From IMG/VR virus record IMGVR_UViG_3300032235_000792: a stretch of DNA of 64,000 bases, one strand, 5' to 3'. This DNA comes from a virus. Each line of letters opens with the position of its first letter. The first letter of the stretch is position 1. The position numbers were made by a program, and so were the translations under genes. This document shows, piece by piece, positions 58,487 through 64,000 of the stretch. The notes beneath the pieces were generated by a model. That model was given only the letters and a program-made list of their open reading frames with translations. It did no database searches and was not told where the DNA came from.

Positions 58487-58768
58487 ATGAATAAATTAAT
58501 ATTTAGAGTATATAGAACTTCAACGTTTCTTTTTGGTCATAGGCCAGAAAACAATAGGTCATACTTAGCTTTAAAGAAGAGATTAGATGACAAGTGTTCA
58601 TTAGAAAATTGGTTTATAGATTTTAAAGACCATACTGATGTGCTTAATTTTGCACTTGAATACTCACCTGTTTTAATAAAAAAACCAACATATCATGGCA
58701 CTGTTGGTGATATAGAGATATATGACTGCGAAAGAGAAAATCTAAGCATAGATTTAACGGTAAATTAA
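58487..58768 (+). CDS. hypothetical protein
   Basis: 93-aa ORF in operon. Confidence 0.65.
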   Translation: MNKLIFRVYRTSTFLFGHRPENNRSYLALKKRLDDKCSLENWFIDFKDHTDVLNFALEYSPVLIKKPTYHGTVGDIEIYDCERENLSIDLTVN

Positions 58769-58770
58769 AT

Positions 58771-59073
58771 ATGTTTAAAAAATTAAATAAATATGGCATC
58801 CCATTTCCAATGATAAGAGATCCTAGAACAGGATTAGGGTCTGTATCTTTAACCTTAGTTTTTTTGTCTAGTATATACGTACAATTGGCTCTTTTAAATA
58901 TGTTCGCACAAATGTTTAAAGGTGTAGATATAGTTAATGCCCTCTATTGGCACGGCATGAGTTTAGCACTTTACTTTGGAAGATCTTTTAAGAAAGAAGG
59001 TGATGTGTCTTTGGATGCGGAAGAAACGACAGAGGAGACACCCAAGAAAAGATCTAGGATGCCTCCAAAATAA
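58771..59073 (+). CDS. small membrane protein (holin-like)
   Basis: Two hydrophobic segments and a charged C-tail; last gene of the structural cluster. Confidence 0.55.
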   Translation: MFKKLNKYGIPFPMIRDPRTGLGSVSLTLVFLSSIYVQLALLNMFAQMFKGVDIVNALYWHGMSLALYFGRSFKKEGDVSLDAEETTEETPKKRSRMPPK

Positions 59074-59078
59074 TCATG

Positions 59079-60338
59079 TCAGATCGTAGTGCTGTCTGAA
59101 TAGTACACTGGCAAAGCTTTGCAGATATCAATAACTTCTTGTTTTAATTTTTTTGCAACATCTAAATCTCCAGCATTCTTCAAGCAAGTAATAATCAGCC
59201 TAGCGACTTCTTTCATCTCTTGCTCTTTAAATCCACGAGTAGTTAAAGCTGGAGTACCTAAGCGAATACCTGATGTAACGAATGGGGATCGCTTGTCTCC
59301 TGGAACCATATTCTTATTACAAGTAATACCGATGTGTTCTAGGTAGTTAGAGGCATCTTTACCTGACATGTTAAAGCTATCTGTTTTAGCTAAGATAAGA
59401 TGATTGTCAGTCCCACCGCTAACAACCGCAAGTCCTCCGGCTATAAGTTCTGTTGCCAAGACTTTAGCGTTAATAATAACCTGCTGCTGATATGCCTTAA
59501 AATCTTCAGATAGTGCTTCCTTAAATGCCACAGCCTTAGCAGCAACAACATGTTCGAGAGGTCCACCTTGAATGCCAGGAAAAATATTACTGTTCACTTT
59601 CTTAGCGATGTCTTCGCTATTTGTGAGTATGATTCCGCCCCGTGGTCCTCTCAGTGTTTTATGTGTCGTAGATGTTACAACATCTGCCAAGCTAACTGGA
59701 TTCTGGTGCAGTCCTGCAGCAATTAGACCAGCAATATGTGCCATATCTACCATTAGATATGCACCAACTTCATCTGCAATATTTCTAAATTTCTCAAAAT
59801 CAATTGATCTTGGGTATGCAGATGCACCAGCAATAATTAGCTTAGGTTTTTCTTTAATAGCAATATTTCTTATGTTATCATAATCTAAAACTTCAGTAGA
59901 TTCATCAACACCATAAAAACTAGTAGCAAATAGTTTACCAGAAAAATTAACTGGACTTCCATGAGTAAGATGTCCACCTTGACTTAAGTCCATGCCTAAG
60001 ATTTTGTCTCCACTGTTTAGTAGTGAAAAATATACTGCCATGTTTGCAGAAGATCCAGAGTGTGGCTGTACGTTAGCGAACTTACTTCCAAATATTTGAT
60101 TTAGCCTAGATATAGCGAGTGCTTCGATCTCGTCAACAATATCACAACCGTTGTAATACCTTTTACCGGGATAGCCTTCTGCATACTTATTTGTAAGGAT
60201 CGATCCTTGCGCTTCCATTACTGCTTTAGAGCAATAGTTTTCAGAAGCAATAAGCTCTAACCCTAGTTCTTGTCGTTGAGATTCTAGTTGTATAAGTTTA
60301 TGTATTTCTGAATCAGATGAATCAAGATTACTGTTCAT
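59079..60338 (-). CDS. glyA: serine hydroxymethyltransferase
   Basis: [54 protein letters not shown] (PLP lysine). Confidence 0.98.
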   Translation of the reverse strand: MNSNLDSSDSEIHKLIQLESQRQELGLELIASENYCSKAVMEAQGSILTNKYAEGYPGKRYYNGCDIVDEIEALAISRLNQIFGSKFANVQPHSGSSANMAVYFSLLNSGDKILGMDLSQGGHLTHGSPVNFSGKLFATSFYGVDESTEVLDYDNIRNIAIKEKPKLIIAGASAYPRSIDFEKFRNIADEVGAYLMVDMAHIAGLIAAGLHQNPVSLADVVTSTTHKTLRGPRGGIILTNSEDIAKKVNSNIFPGIQGGPLEHVVAAKAVAFKEALSEDFKAYQQQVIINAKVLATELIAGGLAVVSGGTDNHLILAKTDSFNMSGKDASNYLEHIGITCNKNMVPGDKRSPFVTSGIRLGTPALTTRGFKEQEMKEVARLIITCLKNAGDLDVAKKLKQEVIDICKALPVYYSDSTTI

Positions 60339-60348
60339 GTTTATCCTT

Positions 60349-61215
60349 TTAGTTTATGGTTTTTATTGATTTAAGAAAAATCGTAGCAGTGTCTCTGTGT
60401 CCGTTGTTTTTAAGTACATCGTTCCAGTCCATATCTGTATCGCCGGTAACAGCATAGTGAGTTATAGCTTTAGCCTTATTCAATTTACTAAGTCCTTTCA
60501 AGCCTGCTTCATCAGAGTCAAATGCACACACTATCTTAATGCCTGCATCTTTTAGTTCCAGCAATTTATCGATCTGGTGCTCAGTAGTTCCACAACCAGA
60601 GGTAGCGACTGCCTTCCATGGATTCTTAAGAACTCCACCGTAAAGTTTATCTAAAGATTGCTGAATAGATAGGGCATTAAATGCACCCTCACAAACAATT
60701 AAGCCTTTTATGTTAGTAACAAAAGGATTCTGGTTCCAGTTATAAAAAACAAGACCGAGACGTGTACCGGGTAGAGTAAGGACTTTAACAGTATCGCCAT
60801 CTCGCTCCCAAGGTTCTATTAGTCTAGTTTGTGAACCAACAAATACAGAGTCAAAATAATATGGAAAAACTATGCCTTCGCGCTCAGTATCATAGTACAT
60901 ATCACCTTTTGGATCAAGTCCTCGTGACCTAATGTATTCGACTCCTTTAATAGCCCTTGGATCAGATAGCGGTAAGAAATGAGAAGGCCAGTCCAAACGA
61001 GAAACCTCATTTGGTGTGGCTTTCGTCATATCAAAATCACCTTTAAGAAACTCGTTCAGATCCACGCCAGCAGTGTGGCAGTACTCTCTTAGAGAGTAAC
61101 CTCGTTGACATCTACCACTACACCAGCACCATATAGCTCCAGTATCTTCGTCTGAATGCCAGTAGATAGTATCATTAGGTCTTTTACAAATCAAGCATTT
61201 CTTGGTATTCACCAT
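60349..61215 (-). CDS. DNA primase (Zn finger plus TOPRIM)
   Basis: CLIC..CWC..C; VCEG..; FDSDEAG; DWND. Confidence 0.85.
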   Translation of the reverse strand: MVNTKKCLICKRPNDTIYWHSDEDTGAIWCWCSGRCQRGYSLREYCHTAGVDLNEFLKGDFDMTKATPNEVSRLDWPSHFLPLSDPRAIKGVEYIRSRGLDPKGDMYYDTEREGIVFPYYFDSVFVGSQTRLIEPWERDGDTVKVLTLPGTRLGLVFYNWNQNPFVTNIKGLIVCEGAFNALSIQQSLDKLYGGVLKNPWKAVATSGCGTTEHQIDKLLELKDAGIKIVCAFDSDEAGLKGLSKLNKAKAITHYAVTGDTDMDWNDVLKNNGHRDTATIFLKSIKTIN

Positions 61216-61290
61216 TGTGTAGTCCTAATTTTCTTAACGTAAAAATAATATCTATTTTTAGACCAATTACAAAAAATGGATCAGACTTTT

Positions 61291-61722
61291 TCATAATTTA
61301 AACCTATTGATCCAATCGAAAAAATTAACTTGAGCTTGATCTTCAGATCTAAACATTAAATAAAGCAATGGGTGATCCATTAGCTCAGATCGTTTTAGAC
61401 CTTTAGTGTAGTGTATATACTCTTTTCTTGTCATCTGTCGCGTGTCCATAAGGTATTTATTTACTATATTACCACCGAATATTTTCTGAAGATCTTCTAG
61501 CGATGAGGTGGCACTTGTGGTACTGTTTTCGGAAGATCTTTCTGTTGTATTACTTCTAGCTTCAGCAATGTCATCCACAGCCTTCTCTTCGTTATTATCA
61601 ATATCTTCTGATGCGTCAACCCTCTGATTTTCGACATAACTGAGTTCCTTTGCTTTACCTGTTATCTCTGCTAATTTTTGAAGAACTTCATCTTTACTCA
61701 TAAATATTAATTGTTGCGTCAT
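61291..61722 (-). CDS. hypothetical protein
   Basis: 143-aa ORF coupled to the helicase gene. Confidence 0.7.
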   Translation of the reverse strand: MTQQLIFMSKDEVLQKLAEITGKAKELSYVENQRVDASEDIDNNEEKAVDDIAEARSNTTERSSENSTTSATSSLEDLQKIFGGNIVNKYLMDTRQMTRKEYIHYTKGLKRSELMDHPLLYLMFRSEDQAQVNFFDWINRFKL

Positions 61723-62741
61723 TCTTCATCTCCGTTATAACCTACCTGAGAAAGTAGACTAGTTAGTTTTTCTTGTTTAACCTTTTCCATATGATTTGCA
61801 GTGATCTCAACGTATCTACCTTTATCAAAGGCGCATTCAATCTTCATACCTTGATAACCAAAACGATCTTTCTTTATTAAGAACTTAGTGGTCTTGTTTT
61901 CAAAGTCAGGCACGATTTCTACTACTACAGTTGATGGCTCGTATACACTCGGACAATCCTTTATTCGAGAATCAAGTTCTTGATTATTTCTTTTTCCAAG
62001 AGAGTGAAGCTGAGCAAACAATACCACAGGAATATTCGACTCGCGTATGTATTTACCTAGCCACATTCTTAAATCAGTTAAAGTCTCAAAACTACTTCTA
62101 GCCGGATTATTTACAGATGTTTTTATTTGCTGAAAATAATCAATCATAACGGCAGAATAATCTGCGGTTTTTACCTGAGTAAGTATGTTCTTAACACCTT
62201 CTAAGGTAGATGTTATTCCGTTGTTATAAACGACATCTACAACCTTAACGTATTTACATATCTCAGGGTAGAGTTTCATACATTCTAGCTGCTGAGATTT
62301 AGGCATTACGCCTTTTTTGTAGTCGTTAAAATTAAACCCAAGCTCAAGACATGCAATACGATATATGATATCTTGCTTTGGTTCTTCGTTAGATATAACC
62401 AGCGTCTTCTTGCCTTCTTTCCATAATGGGTGAGATATGTTCGCAGCAATAGTAGACTTACCATTACCAGAATAACCGCACATAAGATAAAGATTTTCTC
62501 GTGTAAACGGAATTGCAGCTGTCAACGCCTTGTTGATAAAAGTAATCTTTTCACCAAGCATCCTATTATAAGATGCAACACTTTCATACATCTCTTTAAT
62601 AGATTCTTTATCACCGAAAGAATCTAGCTCATCTAACGATACTTCGATATTGATATCAGTAATCGGTTGAACAGAATTTTTAGTACGACTAGGTGTTGCA
62701 GACAATGCTTTGGCAATTTCTTGCTCAGATAGTTTTGCCAT
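61719..62741 (-). CDS. DnaB-like (SF4) replicative helicase
   Basis: Walker A GYSGNGKS; ISNE; IDYFQ; VVLFAQL; KKDRFG. Confidence 0.9.
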   Translation of the reverse strand: MAKLSEQEIAKALSATPSRTKNSVQPITDINIEVSLDELDSFGDKESIKEMYESVASYNRMLGEKITFINKALTAAIPFTRENLYLMCGYSGNGKSTIAANISHPLWKEGKKTLVISNEEPKQDIIYRIACLELGFNFNDYKKGVMPKSQQLECMKLYPEICKYVKVVDVVYNNGITSTLEGVKNILTQVKTADYSAVMIDYFQQIKTSVNNPARSSFETLTDLRMWLGKYIRESNIPVVLFAQLHSLGKRNNQELDSRIKDCPSVYEPSTVVVEIVPDFENKTTKFLIKKDRFGYQGMKIECAFDKGRYVEITANHMEKVKQEKLTSLLSQVGYNGDEE

Positions 62742-62742
62742 A

Positions 62743-63306
62743 TTATAGATCTCCTAGGTCAATGTTTACGTTAACATGACTAGGGTCAACACTCGGTCCT
62801 TTTTCTGATGCCTGCTGCTCAAGAATAAGAGCCTCCCAATCTAATGTAGGGTGCGAATCTGCATATTTCTGTTGTTTTCTATATTCAGATGCAGACATAC
62901 TGCCATATTTAGGAGCAGAATCAGATTCGGCATTTTCTATTTCATAGATAGAAAAGAAAACACGTTTGCCAGCGTTAGCTATAAATTCTTTCCAAGAAGA
63001 TTCAAATTCAGACAATGTTTCAATTCTTCCAAATTTCTTCATGCTTTTATATACAGACTTAACAACATAATCAGATGGATAATGAGCTTTAATAGCTTTC
63101 TCTAAATAGACTAAAGCATCTTCCATAGGAACTTTGGACTTGTTCATTGAATGAAAGAGTATATCAAAGTTGCCTTCAACTGCAGCTTTAGATCTGTCCA
63201 TGTCAGCAAGGTCAGCCTTCCACTTCATAAAGATAAGTTCAGCTTTACTACTCATGGCTAACCTCCAAGACTTCAGTCTTCTTGGATTTAAGGTTAGTAA
63301 TCTCAA
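62743..63306 (-). CDS. hypothetical protein (likely start MSSKAE ~63255)
   Basis: Upstream of the helicase; GGAGG SD. Confidence 0.7.
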   Translation of the reverse strand: MRLLTLNPRRLKSWRLAMSSKAELIFMKWKADLADMDRSKAAVEGNFDILFHSMNKSKVPMEDALVYLEKAIKAHYPSDYVVKSVYKSMKKFGRIETLSEFESSWKEFIANAGKRVFFSIYEIENAESDSAPKYGSMSASEYRKQQKYADSHPTLDWEALILEQQASEKGPSVDPSHVNVNIDLGDL

Positions 63307-63445
63307 TTTTGGCAGAATTATTTATCTTGTCAATAAATAATAGTCGGATTTCGTACTCTCCATTGATAATGAAAGGTTTTTTCTTACCTAACCACCATAC
63401 GAGAGTATCTTGAAGCTTGTCCTTAAAACTAGACATGTTTTCCAT
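63248..63445 (-). CDS. small hypothetical protein
   Basis: 65 aa; AGGAG SD. Confidence 0.7.
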   Translation of the reverse strand: MENMSSFKDKLQDTLVWWLGKKKPFIINGEYEIRLLFIDKINNSAKIEITNLKSKKTEVLEVSHE

Positions 63446-63528
63446 AGAACTCCTAAAAAACGTTTAATAAAAAATCGTATATATTTTATACGAATATATG
63501 AATTTTAACTATTAAGTATAATAGATAA

Positions 63529-64000
63529 ATGAAGGCGATCATCACTAATAAATTAATCGTTATCCAAAATCCAACAGACGATATTGTACGAACGTTTGAG
63601 AAAATATGCTCTTTCACCGATAAGCAAAAAGAGTTTCAAGTTAAGCGGATGGAGCGAAATCCTTTTCAGAAAAATTCACCTTTCTTAAATAAGTTAAGAA
63701 AAGAAGTAAATGGTTCTTTGCTTAAAAGAATAACAGGCGGTCATCTAGTCTTTAATTCAGGCTTACATTTTTATTTACCTGACTTATCAATAACAGATAA
63801 AAGACAAGATACCGGCAGTACTATGGCTTTGCCTTGGAAGAAAAAGCCGCATGACCCTAGGCCATATCAAGAAGAAGCTATAGAAGTAGCAATCAATTCT
63901 TGGCGCGGAGTTATAAACTTTGCAACTGGCTTAGGTAAGACTTTAACTGCTTTACATCTTTTAAAGAGATTAAAAAGAAAAGCACTTGTAGTAGTTCCTT
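63529..64000 (+). CDS. SF2 helicase (UvsW/ResIII-like), partial, runs off window
   Basis: Hand translation MKAIITNK...PRPYQEEA...FATGLGKT...ALVVVP; absent from the ORF track. Confidence 0.9.
   Translation, partial: MKAIITNKLIVIQNPTDDIVRTFEKICSFTDKQKEFQVKRMERNPFQKNSPFLNKLRKEVNGSLLKRITGGHLVFNSGLHFYLPDLSITDKRQDTGSTMALPWKKKPHDPRPYQEEAIEVAINSWRGVINFATGLGKTLTALHLLKRLKRKALVVVP

Noticed and set aside
9176-63105. Numerous antisense ORFs in the ORF track (e.g. 20883..21272, 32063..32593, 35142..35702, 44440..44922, 59572..59883)
   Set aside because: They lie opposite well-supported genes, lack SDs and recognisable motifs, and are expected shadows of codon bias.
1-64000. Stop-codon reassignment, tRNA or rRNA genes
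   Set aside because: TAA, TAG and TGA all end well-supported genes, coding density is high under the standard code, and no cloverleaf or rRNA-like segment was recognised by eye.

Overview
A 64-kb segment of a large contractile-tailed (myovirus-like) bacteriophage genome, standard genetic code. (1) 1-7.6 kb: minus-strand early/accessory region. Its core (~1.0-6.0 kb) is an array of gene cassettes, each typically built as 15-bp conserved box, AACAGA-N13-TATAAT promoter, 5' hairpin (six with CsrA/RsmA-type ANGGA loops), SD, ORF(s), terminator hairpin. It holds three paralogues of an unknown ~160-aa protein and several very acidic small proteins, and ends in a GC-rich cluster of AACAGA boxes. Both flanks carry chains of mostly unannotated micro-ORFs sharing an 11-residue motif. 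(2) 7.7-8.4 kb: an RpoD-like sigma factor lacking the region 4.2 (-35) helix-turn-helix. (3) 8.7-59 kb: plus-strand virion morphogenesis cluster: neck, Nudix-containing protein, sheath, three tube paralogues, frameshifted tail chaperone, tape measure, baseplate including a 2175-aa baseplate-J, many fibres/spikes, two 2OG-Fe(II) oxygenases, holin-like protein. (4) 59-64 kb: replication genes: glyA, primase and DnaB-like helicase (minus strand) and a partial SF2 helicase (plus strand). No tRNA, rRNA or CRISPR array was recognised. All calls come from reading motifs by eye; no database searches were run and the host is not determined.
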